A stretch of 63,115 bases of DNA, the filler included. It is 17 parts of 17 records of this genome, joined end to end, with 100 filler letters (N's around TTAATTAATTAA, not from the genome) between each part and the next. Parts side by side here need not be neighbours in the genome. Positions count along the whole stretch, not along the records: positions 42,972 to 46,342 come from SRR15195285_16171; positions 46,443 to 52,628 come from SRR15195285_16173; positions 52,729 to 56,249 come from SRR15195285_16179; 14 more parts are not named here. One strand, written 5' to 3'. The notes under the pieces are model-generated. The model was not told the DNA's origin and did no database searches. It saw nothing but the letters and a program-made list of their open reading frames with translations. Below, in pieces: positions 43,242-55,198 of this stretch. The translations under genes were made by a program, and so were the position numbers. The first letter of the stretch is position 1. Each line of letters opens with the position of its first letter.

Positions 43242-43362
43242 GCACCTTCTGCGCCTCCCTCTTTTTGCGCGAGCGTGTGGTTAGGGCACGCAGGACGAAC
43301 GGAGGGCCTCTCAGCTAGGGTGGGGTGGCGGCGCACGGGCCGACAGCACAGCATATCGTAGC

Positions 43363-43438
43363 GCAGCACTGTACAGAATGACGCGCCGTCCATTTGCGTT
43401 CACTAACCTGAGCGCTGGGCGGCGCTGACAACCGCTGC
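43363..43438 (+). promoter_or_regulatory. Putative eukaryotic SECIS element in the 3' UTR
   Basis: Helix I GCAGC/GCTGC; core ATGAC...TGAC; 10-bp helix II GCGCCGTCCA/TGGGCGGCGC; TTT bulge; 7-bp apical stem GCGTTCA/TGAGCGC; loop CTAACC. Confidence 0.7.
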
Positions 43439-43806
43439 AACTAATGCACGATCCGACAGTCTTTTCATCGAGCTGGTCGGGGAAGGCTCGCAGCACCTAA
43501 GTGCAAATCGCTAGCGGTACGACGTGGTCTGTGTGGGCACGATGCGCCGTGGCACCGCCAGAGTAAAAGGAGGCCCCTCAATGAATCCTGTGTGGTCTCG
43601 ATGTGCCGCCGGCCCCGCCATCTATCCGCCCCCCCTCAATATATGCGAGCTATCTAGCTAGAGTGCCCAACGGGTCTCACGGATATTCTGGGCGTGAAAA
43701 GAAACAGACAGAGGGAGGTTCTATTGTGTCTCACTCCCAGCACCACACAGGGCCACCCAGACCCACAGGCAACCTACGCAACCTCAGCCACCGTGATCGG
43801 GCCGTG

Positions 43807-46342
43807 TCATCGGCCACCGTCCGGAGTTATCGGGCGTGAGCGGCCCTCGTCAGTCCCCCAGGCATCGTAATGCGGAACAGATGGCGGGGGCCACGTGCCA
43901 TCCGCTCCGACTGAGCTGCGGGAGTAGCCACCGTCATGCGACAGCCGCTCCCGCCTCCCCGCGCTGCCTTTCCGCCCTCCGCTAGCAGGTCGGGAGGAGG
44001 TATCCGGGGTTTGCGGCGGCTGCAGCGGCGGCAAATTTTTGGGTCGCCCACTTGTCGCTGCCCCTGCTCCACCGTCGCCACGAAGCGCGGCCGTGCTGCC
44101 GTGCGCACCGCCTTTGCCGAATGCTGGACCGTGCGTTCGTTCTTTGTCATATTTTGGGTTCGACATCGGAAATCCACCCTTCATGATCACTTCCGCGTGG
44201 TTTTCTTTGAGACCCTTGCGCTTGCGGTCAGGGCCGCCGATTTGACCCCCTCCAGATCCTCCCGGCTGCTGCTGATGCTGCGGGCCCTGCCATCCATCGA
44301 CGGATGGCAACGGTCTATCGCAGGCAATGCATCTGAAAACTGCAGAACCAGCCTCATGCAATCCGCCTGCTTCGTTCAACTTCGCTCGCAGCTCGGCAAG
44401 CTTCGCTTCCAAAGCCTGCGGAGTGATCCCCTTGCCGCCTGCTTTCTTCCGCAGTGCCTCCATTTCCAGCCGGATTTGATCCTCCAACGTCTTCAACCAC
44501 GCTTCATCAGCCTTCTCATCGATGGTCCGACCGATCGAGTCTAGCTTTGCCTGCAGCTCATTCCGTGTGGCGCCCATCTCCCCCATGATGCTCGAGGCAC
44601 GCGATTCAACCTCCGCTGCTAACTTCTGGTCAAGCTCCTTCATCATCGAAGTTGCCTGATTGATGTCGTCAATGGAAGCCTTCTTGTTGAAGAGGTCGGC
44701 TAGCTTCTTTGCGTGTTGCTTCATCGTGCCTTTCATGTTCTTGAGATCAGTAAGATCCTTCAAAGCATCCAAGGCATCCTGCGGTAAGCCAGACTGCGAG
44801 GCCTTCTCCGCAGCCTGACCAGCAGCTGTACGGACGTCCGCAAGCTCTTTGCCGAGATCCTCCAATGCCATTTGTATCCTACCCAGCTCTGCGCCGTCGA
44901 CCTTCCGCCCCACCTCGTTCATGAGCTCATGCAGTGTTTTCGGTACGTTGCTGAGCGGCTCAAGCTTATTCTGCATGTCTGCAGATGCTGCGTCCCATTC
45001 CGCTGCGGCTGATCCAAACGCCCCTTCCAGCTTCGTGAGCTGCGGGCCGAGCTCCCCCAACTTCTTCACTTCCGCGTTGAGCTTTGATAGGTCGGTCTCT
45101 GCCATCTCCTTTTGTAGTCCTTGGAGGCCTTCGTTTGCCTTTGCTGCTGAAGCCGCGGCCTCTGTAGCAGCTCGCCCAACCGCATCTACTGCAGACTTCA
45201 TGGAAGCCACCTCACCCTGGCATTTTGCCAGCTCTTCCCTAAGCAGGTCCAGTTCTTCAGAATTCGCCTGTGCCTTCAGCTCATTGGCATGCCTCTCCAT
45301 CGCAGCCTTCAAAGCTTTGATGTCTGTCTGCATCTGAAGCTCGATTACCTTGGCTTCCATCTTTCTACCGAGTCGCTCTTCAACTTGCTTTGACAGGTGA
45401 TCGTCTTGCGGCTGGCGGTCAGCGGCCGTCGCAGGTGTTGTGGCACGCTCGTAGTTCGGCGACGCCCGTGACGATGGCCGCGCCCCACCGCCAGGTGTTG
45501 GCGAACTGCGGTTGCCGACGGGCTTGCCGTCTGGCGACCGTCCTCTTCTTACGGGTGAGTTGCTTCGGGCACCGCTGCCAGTATTTGCACCAGAGGAAGC
45601 ACCGCCACCACCGCCATCGCTGCGCTGAGGAGCAGGAGCAGATGCCCTTGGTGCCTCCCTTTCCGGTGATGTCGACTCACGGGGACTGAGCGAGGGCTGA
45701 GGGCTAAAGGCCGGATTACCCACCAGGCTAGCTGGCCCCTCGATTTCCTCGATCATCGCTATCATTGCCGCCATCTGCTCTGGGTCTGCCGAGCTTGCGG
45801 GTCCGCTGGCATCATCCCCCCCGCTGGTGCTGCCATCGCCCCCAGCACTGCCGCCGGGTGCACTCCCACCGGATAGCCCGCCGCTGGCCTCCATCTGTTT
45901 GACCATTGCTTCGATCTTCTCAGGCGGAACACCAGCCGCTGCCGCGCGTGCAGTCAGTGCTGCGACTGGCATCGACTCCAACTCCGTGCGCCTTGCCTCG
46001 GCCGCTGGGGCGTCTGCTTCCTTGATTAGCTGAACAAGTTTCTCAGGCTCCAATCCCTCTGCTTCCGCTTGTGCCAAGACTTCCGGCGTCACACCAGCCG
46101 CGATGGCGCGTTCTTTCAGTGCCGGGGCATCTAGTGTCTCCAGAGGCGCCGGTGGCGCGGGGAGGCGCACCGGGTCCGGTCGCTCGAACTCGCCGTCCGC
46201 CCCAACGATGCCTGCGCCCATCGGCGCGGGTGCGCTCTGGACAGGCTCCTGGGGCTGCCTCATCGGCGAGTTGGTGCGTCGCGGGACGCGGCTGACGAGC
46301 GTGGCCCAGTGGTGAAACACTTTGTCGACCCCAATTTCTTCT
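43807..46342 (-). CDS. Coiled-coil protein with a DUF4795/QRICH2-like C-terminal motif, 5'-truncated
   Basis: Long heptad region with KAD/KVD repeats, ending in FRCIACDRPL. Confidence 0.7.
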
Positions 46343-46670
46343 NNNNNNNNNNNNNNNNNNNNNNNNNNNNNNNNNNNNNNNNNNNNTTAATTAATTAANN
46401 NNNNNNNNNNNNNNNNNNNNNNNNNNNNNNNNNNNNNNNNNNACTTATATCGCTTTTGCACCAGTGGGCTTGTTGTGTAGCATGCGGTCGTGCTTCATGC
46501 GATCCGAGCGACGGGAGTTGGGCACGTGCAGAATGCACGCTTGGACACACGGTATACTGAGTAATGGTGTCTCTTTTGTACTTAGATGTCAACGCCACAT
46601 CGTATCGCTGTTTCCGCGGTAGGTCTACGACGTGTGTCACTAGAGAGAGCTTGAGCGCTGCTCCGGTGCA

Positions 46671-49371
46671 TCAAAGTGGACCCTGGCAGATCGTCGAAGC
46701 ACCACATTCCATCGTATCAGTAGCGGTCAAAGAGTCTAGGTCCCGTTTTGGGGCACAGCTGATAGAGCCATCGTTGCGAGCGATCGGGTTGTTGTTGCCC
46801 TTGATGTGACACGTCTTTCCACCAGTGAAGTCAGCGGCCTTGCAGCGCGGATTTGCCCAGCACAGAGCGCAGCACTCTTCTTTCGTTGTAGTCGCAACGC
46901 TGTCGATGTCACTGCCATACTGCCCAGTATTTTCTGACCAAGTGCAGTCTGTGCGAGGAGGTGGAAGTGGGCCATGGTGCTGATGCGCCGGGTCTGGACC
47001 CGAGTGGTCGCGAATGGCGCATTTGGTCTCTTCATATTGGCTCATGTTCACGCTATCGAGGAAGACATTGAGCAGGCCAAGCATGCGCTTGAACTCGGCT
47101 GGCTGCTCCTCACGTAAATTGTGCAGTTCGTTGTAGTCTTTGTCGAGATCGAACAGGAACATGTAGGACTCATTACTGTTGCGGCCATACTCGCTCCAGT
47201 TTTTCCATTCTGAGTACGGTGGTTGGAAATCACACTGACCCTTGCCAGGGTTGTGCACAAGCTTCATGTTGTTGTCGATGACGGTGTGCTGCCCGCCAGT
47301 GCAGTCGAAACCCAGCACCTTCGACCGTGGGACGTAGCCAGCGACCGCTCCTTGGGACTGCAGCATCCCCGTCGAGATTGTTGGAGAGGCTTGCAGGAGC
47401 GGGACTGCGGTGTATACCAACTAGTCAGAAACAAACCAGCAAAATTGAACGACACAACAACCGAGAATCCGGAGCAACCAAACGTTGCAAGCCGAATCCT
47501 TTGCGTGCAGCATGTCTGATTGTTCTGCTACAGTTGGTCTAACATGCGAGGCAGGCACTTACTCAAATCAATCCCATCCATGACCCAGGTCGGATTATCA
47601 CTCTCCACCTGGAATATCGACATGATAGTCGGAAGGAAATCGGCAGTCGTCGTTGGTGTGGAAATGTTTTTGTTCTCCAAGATGACCCAGGGAATGTGCA
47701 CCATGCCGGGCACTCGAATGCCGCCCTCCCAAGAGGATGCTTTACACTAATTCATTTGCAAATCAATCAATCCGTATTTCCAACGTCTCAGTGAGGGCCA
47801 GTATCGGAGCAGAGCCAGTTATGCAAGGAAAGGGGATTTCAGACCTGGCGTAGGTGTCCTGTCGAATAGCGAATGTCTGCGCGCTCGATTCCTTGGTGTG
47901 CACCATTGTCCTACAGTGCGGTCAGCCCACTTGAGTTCAGGATATACGGTAGCGTATCAGTTGAACAGGTGAGCGGGCGGGGTCTGTATGAGCAAGAGGA
48001 GGCAACACTTACGGCTGTGTAGAAAATTGCCGTCTTGTCTGCCACGTTTTTTTCTTTCAGCATGCTCATCAGGCGACCGATTTGGACATCCCACATCGTC
48101 AGCGCGCCCAGGTAGTCAGGGTCGCGGTAGTTCGGGTCACCGCGGTTCGTCCCTGGGGTGGCGTACATGTTCCAGAACTCGGGCATCGCTGGGTGTGGCT
48201 CATGAATTGCATGAAAGCAGATATGTGCCAGCCACGGGTTGGCCGCAGCGATCTGCTTGGTGAGGAACAGCTCGAAGCGGTCGATCAGGAAGGTCGAATC
48301 ATCGCCAGGGACTTTGGTGGACTCCGAAAGCGCAGAGACACCACGTGGGTCGGAAGCGTTCGGATAGAAATAGTCGGTGCATGGGTAACACCAATCGCTC
48401 TTGAAGCCGCTGCCGACGACGCACTGGTCGCCAAGCGGACGCAAATCATCGTACCCACCATTGGGCTTGCGGCCGGGGTGGGTGTGATTCTTCGGGAAGC
48501 AGCCGCAGTTTGTCATGGAATTGGAAGCTTCTGCTTGGGTCGTCATCCAATCATCAAACCCGTGCTTGCCTGGGTCACTGACGGACCACTTCTCGGGCGA
48601 CATACCCGGGAGCTTCTTGTCCCAGAGGTCGCCCAGGTGCTGCGGCGCATGGCAACCCGGCAGTCAGAGCGAGGCCGAGACACACGTGACATGCAGGACA
48701 TCCTACAATCACCACGGGAGATTAATGGAGGGCTCGGGAAGGAGGTACCCATTTTCCGAGTTGGACCGTGCTGTACTTGCCGAGCTTGGACTTCTTTGCC
48801 GCCTTAGCGATGGTGAACTCTTCCCATGGGAGCGCGCCGTTCTTTCCCTGAGAGCACGTGTCAGCGACGTTCTCCTGACAGCATGGCAGCGCCGAGTCGA
48901 TGCAGTCACGATTGTTCGTACCTGCGAGCAGGTATCGGCCACGTTCTCGGAGCAGCAAGGCAGAGCAGAGTCGATGCAGTCGCGGTTGTTCGTACGGCCG
49001 GTGAGGTATGCCGCGCGGGTCGGGCTGCACACGGAAGCGGCGGCGTAGAACCGGTGCAGGAGTGCGGTGTGCGGGTCTTGTGCGAAGGCCTTAATGTTGG
49101 GCGTGTGGGCGCAGCACTGCCCAGCGTTGGTAGCACATGTACTGTTGTCACAGTTGAACTCATTGTCACCCCAACCTTGGTCGTCGGTCCTGTAGGCCAA
49201 CAGCCGCAGTGAGTGGGCGCACACGGTGCGGATAGCTTTCCGGGTTCCGACGGCGGTGCCAGCGGCAGAGCAGGTTGAGGCTTACAGCAGCGTGATGACG
49301 TTGGGCTGCGCCGGCGGCGTAGCAGCACGGCAGACGGTCGCCAAGCCAGCGTACACAGCGGCGAGCTTCAT
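46671..49371 (-). CDS. Secreted formylglycine-dependent sulfatase with a C-terminal PAN/Apple domain, multi-exon
   Basis: PNVITLL/TDDQGWGD, CSPTRAAYLTGR, GKW/HLG, HEPHP, YTA/DNG, KASSWEGGIRVP, DFLPT, LFDLDKD.NE..NL; PAN module ECCALCWANPRCKA...CHIK. Introns include 49190-49285 and 48640-48748. Confidence 0.92.
48848..48995 (-). repeat. 74-nt tandem duplication of sulfatase coding sequence; each copy is bounded by GT...AG
   Basis: 48922-48995 encodes TNNRDCIDSALPCCSENVADTCSQ and 48848-48921 encodes TNNRDCIDSALPCCQENVADTCSQ. Confidence 0.92.
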
Positions 49372-49766
49372 CTGACCCCCCAGGGGTGAGAAGGAACAAC
49401 AAGCAGGGGGCGACGGACGGCGAGAGGAGCCGCGCGACGCGTGGATCACCCGGCGCCGAAGAACGAACGAACGCCGCGGCGTCAAGGTCAACGGTCTTCC
49501 CGATTCATTCTCGAATCTGGGCACTGATTCACTCGGATGACGCGTTGACAACACGTTTTCGTTTACTGACATGTGACAATTGAGAACGTGCGCGCGCGAC
49601 CGCGCGAGCGCGCGTGCTCGCTTGTATTATATATGCATGTATGTATCTACACGATACATCGCGCGATAGCAGCGAGCGCTCGCGTACGTGGCGACGACGG
49701 ATCGCGACGCGACGAGTCGTTGACGGCCTTCGTGCGGCTGCCTCGCTGCCGTTTTGCTCCTCCAGC

Positions 49767-50908
49767 ATGGCGGGTGCGCAGCAGCAGCCGAGAGCCGGCT
49801 TTCAGCTGCTGCCAGAACCGGTGCTGCACGCGGTGTTGCTCTCAGCCACCACACACCACAACCTGATTCGCCACGCCTCGTGCTGTGCGCGAGTCTGCGC
49901 CAGCTGGCGCCAGGTTGTGGTCGAGCACGCTGGTGCTGCATACGGGCAACGGGCTTTGGCTGACCCTGCGAACTATCAGCAGCATACTCTGAGGTTAGTC
50001 AGCGAAGCGCTGAATGCGTGTAAACGGGGTGGCGGCACCCGGTTTTCACTCTACAATGTCCCGGTCGGCGACGACGCCGGGGACGCTCTGGCACTGGCGC
50101 TGGCGCGGCTGCCTGCGCCACTGGAGGCTGTTTTTCTCACAAATACCAAGTTGACGGCGCCGGGTCTGGCCCCTATCACAATAGCCTTACGCAACCGCCT
50201 GCAGCGACTTCATACCCTGCGTGTGAACGGCAATGTGCTAGGCAGCGCAGGTGTGGTGGCGCTGTCGAGGTGCGTGCTGCCAGGGTCTCAACTGAGGAAG
50301 CTTTACGTGGGCAGCACGCATTGCTCCGACGAAGGGATGGTCGCCCTTGCAGCGGTGCTACCGCGTACACAAATCGAGCTTCTTGACTGCTATGACAATC
50401 CGGCCATCGGAACGCCGGGCTGGAAGGCACTCGGCGCAGCCATGCCAAAACTTCCGCACCTGAAGTCCATCAGCCTGACCGGGTGCTCGGGCATGGGCTG
50501 CAAAGGGGTTGCGGCGCTGGCCCACGGACTGCAGGACGCACCGATACTCGACACTCTTGTGCTGATGAGCTGTTCGATCGGAGACGATGGACTTCGCTCG
50601 CTGGTCGCGATAGTATCTGCCTGCACGGCATTGCAACACCTGAACGTGGTACGATACGTGTCACTGTGCTCGATCGTGCTCGTCTGCCACTTTACCCGTC
50701 CACAATCATGCGTCTGTCTAGCCTGAATGTGTGGTCTATATTGGCACGAATGTAGGGCAATCGCAACCGAGGTCTTGGCCAGCAGAGCCTTCAACTTGAC
50801 GGCGACAATTGTTTTAGCGAATCCGCGCTGGTTGCGTTGAAGACGGCCGTTAAGTTCCAACGTGCGGAGCCATGCTTCTTGCTCTCCAACCGGGCAGGCT
50901 TGCGTTAG
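49767..50908 (+). CDS. F-box-like / RNI-type LRR protein (intron 50649-50755)
   Basis: LLPEPVLHAVL...CARVCASWR is F-box-like, followed by LxxLxLxxNxIGxxG repeats. Divergent from the sulfatase. Confidence 0.8.
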
Positions 50909-51057
50909 TTTAAGCGCATGGAGTAAACCGTATATGGATCCTACAAGATGCCCAAGCGACCGCAAGCCTGCAGCACTTGAACCGCTGAGCATCGCATGCC
51001 AACAACAGAAACCGATATCTTCGCGCCGTATGCGTGTTCGAAGAAGAACGACAAAAA

Positions 51058-52374
51058 TCAAGACAGTGATGCATTCGATACCCACTCCAAAAGTGTCGGA
51101 ATAAACCATGGGCACGTTCTCAGCTGTTCAGGAAACACTGTGCTCCACGGTTCCAAGTGGCCGTGTGGCCAATTTTTGGTCGTTTTGTGTGTCACATTGT
51201 TCGTAATATTGTCGGTAATGTAGTGCGGAGTTGCAGTGAGTCCACTCCACAAGGTCACAGTTGTTGCGCCAGCACGGCCGCAATACTCCAAGAAACCTCG
51301 TAGGGTCGGCTCCGTCCAGCCTTGAATCGTTTTAACACCGTCAACGCAGTCGTCCATCCAGATACCGGGTGACAGTTGAGCCGGTGTAGCCCCGTGAGTG
51401 AGCAGATCCTTCACCGTGCCACCCAGTCCGCACCATCGCCCTTCGGGCCTGCCAGAGGGCTCGATGATACCAGCTGACCTGTTCGTGCACAGCACGGGCT
51501 CAATGCTGCGAGGCTTCCCAGGACCAAAGGCAGCACCAACCGCACTGTAACTGCCCATATTGAGTAAGCCGTCTGCAAATGGAAGCAGCGGCTGGTAGTC
51601 CCAGCAATAGGCAAAGTCCTCGCCGCAACGATGAATTGGGCCGCAATCTGACCAGTCGATACCTCCGCCATTAGTAATCCACGGTAAAATGGTGGTGGTT
51701 GGGCTCTTGCTTTTCACATAGCCCCACAAGGCAGCAGCATTGGTCTGATTATTCCCGTAGAAGTACTCCCAATCGAGAGAAATGCCGCTGGCGTGCAATG
51801 GAAGCAGCGCCTCGATCAGCTCTGAGGCAAAATCCTCTTTACGAGCGAGGGCAGCACGAACCAGGTAATCAGGAGTGATGCAGGTGCGGGAGCGCGGGTC
51901 GCTTGTATTCTTCGCAAGCGACGTGGTGCAGTTCAGGCCTGCGTTTGACGGACCCATGTAGCCTCCCGCAGGACCAAAGTCACCCTTGGCTAGCGAGCCT
52001 ATCCACGGAAACATGCTGACGATCGTCTCTATGCCTTTGTCAGCATACGGTTTTAGTGCAGCAGCGCGCTCAAGATCAGGGAAGGCGTTGGTAAGCATGC
52101 CGCTGGTGTTAATTCCCAATACGATCGGCTGCACGAGAACGCCCACCGTTGCGTCCGCAACTGAACGCGTCGTGTTGAACCAGCCCGCGGTGTTGTGGCC
52201 GAGCAGCAACGGCGCAGCGGGGGATGGGTGGGACACGGCCCAACGCAGGCCTCGCCGCCGGCCGTGCGGCGGGGCGTCCGACTCGCCACTTAATATCTCT
52301 GGCTCCCGAAAACCCACCACAGCTCCACTGCAAGCAACCGAACTGAACACGCAGAGAACCATCGACACGCGCAT
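51058..52374 (-). CDS. Secreted GH18-like TIM-barrel protein
   Basis: Signal peptide MRVSMVLCVFSSVACSG; ASGISLDWE (degenerate DxxDxDxE); ADGLLNMGSY; PAQLSPGI. Confidence 0.55.
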   Translation of the reverse strand: MRVSMVLCVFSSVACSGAVVGFREPEILSGESDAPPHGRRRGLRWAVSHPSPAAPLLLGHNTAGWFNTTRSVADATVGVLVQPIVLGINTSGMLTNAFPDLERAAALKPYADKGIETIVSMFPWIGSLAKGDFGPAGGYMGPSNAGLNCTTSLAKNTSDPRSRTCITPDYLVRAALARKEDFASELIEALLPLHASGISLDWEYFYGNNQTNAAALWGYVKSKSPTTTILPWITNGGGIDWSDCGPIHRCGEDFAYCWDYQPLLPFADGLLNMGSYSAVGAAFGPGKPRSIEPVLCTNRSAGIIEPSGRPEGRWCGLGGTVKDLLTHGATPAQLSPGIWMDDCVDGVKTIQGWTEPTLRGFLEYCGRAGATTVTLWSGLTATPHYITDNITNNVTHKTTKNWPHGHLEPWSTVFPEQLRTCPWFIPTLLEWVSNASLS

Positions 52375-52479
52375 CGCGTTCCACCGCAGCTCCCGCCGCG
52401 CGACGACAGAGACCCACGTCGCACGTCTAGTACCGAAGTACCCGAATCCAACCACCGACCACCTGTGGGGTGTCTAGAT

Positions 52480-52628
52480 CTCACCGATAAATGCACTGAT
52501 CAAAAAGAGCAGCAGACTCCGATCCGCGGACCGCCCCGAGACATGCACTGGTTTGTTTCGCACAGTACCAGTATTGATATTAGTATGATTCTGGGGGCCC
52601 CCGGCTGTGGATTGAATCCTGAGCCAGC
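52480..52628 (+). repeat. Dispersed repeat, copy 2 (homologous to 2299-2412), cut by contig end
   Basis: Collinear shared blocks with copy 1. Confidence 0.8.
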
Positions 52629-53044
52629 NNNNNNNNNNNNNNNNNNNNNNNNNNNNNNNNNNNNNNNNNNNNTTAATTAATTAANNNNNNNNNNNNNNNN
52701 NNNNNNNNNNNNNNNNNNNNNNNNNNNNAAGTCAAACATACACAGGAAACAAATGCGAGTCGCGCGCGCGCGGAAGAACTCTGAACTTCACAGAACTTCG
52801 AACTCAGAACCCGAGAACCGCGCCGCGCGGCGCGCGCACGCACGCACGCGAGGCACCGGCGCGCATGCGCACGCGCCGTGTGCCGCCGCGCCGTACGTGC
52901 CCACGCGCAGCAGGTTGCTGCCGTTGCATCAGGTAGGTTTTGTTCGTTCTGTGGCACCGTACACGCCGCCGCCGTCCTGTCCGCACGCTGTTTCGCTGGG
53001 TACCGACACACGTCGTGCATTGGGGTGCGTTGGGGCGCGGGGGG

Positions 53045-55150
53045 ATGAAGCTCTCGAGCGCCTTGAATGGTCGACACGGTCGAGAGCAGACAGTCTCGCC
53101 CATACAGCGCGCGATTATCTGCTCCATAGCTGCCATCGTCCGCGAAGGGTACGCCCTCGACAATGGTCTGGGGATACGCCCACCGCTCGGCTGGCGCTCC
53201 TACAACGCATTTGGCGGCCGACCAACCCAGGTACGCGCGGCCCCAGCATCGACAAAACGAATGCGCTGTGTGGGAGGGCTGTATCCGTTCATTGCTGGCC
53301 ATGCTGGCAGGCCATCATGGAGGCCACGATGGACGCGATGGTGGATCGCTCGCGTAACGTCAACGGCAAGCCCACAAGCCTGCTCGATATAGGCTACAAG
53401 CACGTTGGGCTGGACGGTGGGTGGAACGACTGCTTTCCGAACCACACGTTCCACTGGGCATCCGACGGGCGCCCGGTCTGGAATGCGCAGTTCCCTGATC
53501 CAACAGCCATGGTTTCCAAGGCCCACGCGCTGGGGCTGTCGCCCGGCTGGTGTGAGTTGCGCGAGCATGTCGTCGCACCCAAAGCTCGACCTGGCTAATC
53601 CTTCCCTCGTGCGTGAGCGCGTCAGATCTCAACAACTGTGGTTGCGCGGAGAATCATTTCGACGAAGACATGGTCGAACGCGTGATGCAGGGCTCTGTTC
53701 GCATGGCGGCCGACCAGGGTTGGGACGGCGTTAAATTCGACTCTTGCTCGATGATGCACAACCTCAGCCGGTGGTCGGAGCTGATCAACGCGAGTGGGCG
53801 ACCCATGCTCATTGAGAACTGCCACCAGGGCGCGTATACTCCAGGCATGAGGCAATGGCAGGGGTACGTGAAGAACGCCAGCGCTCCGAGTGGCTTCAGC
53901 CATTTTCTCGGCATGTTCTTCGGCATGGGTGACGCAACAGTGATGCCGAACGTCAGCGTCCCCACGTGCCGCACGCACTGCAAGTCTCTAAACACGAGCT
54001 GCGGCGGGTATACGTTCGTGGCCGATGTGCCTGAACCTTCCGAAAACATTGACTGCTACATCAAGGCAAAGGCTGCGTGCAACCACATGGACATGAGCAA
54101 TTCCAACTATTGCAAAGGGGACGCTGACCCGTCAGACTGCCCGTTCAACCTATACCGTGTCTCTGGCGACATTTCTGGCTCTTTCAAAGCAATGCTCACA
54201 AATCTCGAATACGCACTCCCGTTTCTGGGTCAAGGTGGGCTTCACCCGCCGTATCCGCAGGATCATGTGATGCGCTCGCGACCAGGAGGGTGGGCTTACC
54301 CTGAGTGAGCACACCTGCAGTCATTCACTTGCTCAGAATGATAGGAAACATAGCCGCCTCTCAAGGTTGCTCAGACCGAATTTGCTTGGCTTGGCGTGCA
54401 GTATGTTAGAAGTAGGGAATCTGGCCAACGCGACTGAAGATCGCAGTCACTTTGGGGCTTGGTGCATCATTTCTTCCCCTCTCATTTTATCTTTCAATCT
54501 TTCGGACCCCGGTCGAATGGATCGTGTTTGGCCAATTATCACCAACCGTCGTCTGCTGGCCATCAATCAGGTGTGGGCGGGCGAAGGTACGTGACGTCAC
54601 CCAGAACTACTTTGTCGAGCTACGATCTTTGTATTCTTGTCAACTAAGCTGCTCCACGATGAAAATAATTGCCCGGTCCTGATGTTTTGTCAGCTGGTCG
54701 GCGTGTGGCGACATCCGCGCTCGGCTGGCAGGCTTGGGCAAAAGCAATGGACGAAGATCGGTATCAAAATGCCGTATTCATCATAAACACAGCCGAGCAG
54801 CCAGTGACAGTCTCACTACCGGCGATGAACGTATCCACTCACTTCGACTGTACTGGCCCCAAGAATTGCCCCGAAATATGTGGGCGTGATATGTATACTG
54901 GAAAAAGTGTAGAGCTGAAGTGGAACGCGTCGGCAATTACTACGACGATTCCGGTACGCACGCAGTCCATTGGACTCTCAGTAGCGTGTATTTCAATCGT
55001 GACTGATTGTCGTTCACCTGCATAATTATAATTATGTTGCCCACGCGGCAGGTGCACGACTCAGCATTCTACTGCCTCTGGCCAAGTCATCCAGTATCAG
55101 GCTGCACCACGAAACCGATTGGATCGGGGCGGGACAACTGTCCGTTGTAA
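53045..55150 (+). CDS. GH27 alpha-galactosidase/NAGA-like glycoside hydrolase, multi-exon
   Basis: LDNGLGIRPPLGWRSYN, GYKHVGLDGGW, AHALGL, GWDGVKFDSC (nucleophile), RVSGDI (acid/base), PGGWAYPD/MLEVGN, RSHFGAWCIISSPLIL, LLAINQ. Last exon 55052-55150. Confidence 0.9.
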
Positions 55151-55198
55151 AAGCAAAACTAGTTCCAATAAATCACCATATCTTTACTGGGTTGGTGT

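Noticed and set aside
50390-51115. 241-aa minus-strand ORF and the many other short overlapping ORFs in the track
   Set aside because: They are antisense or alternate-frame shadows of real genes in GC-rich DNA, with no recognisable motifs.
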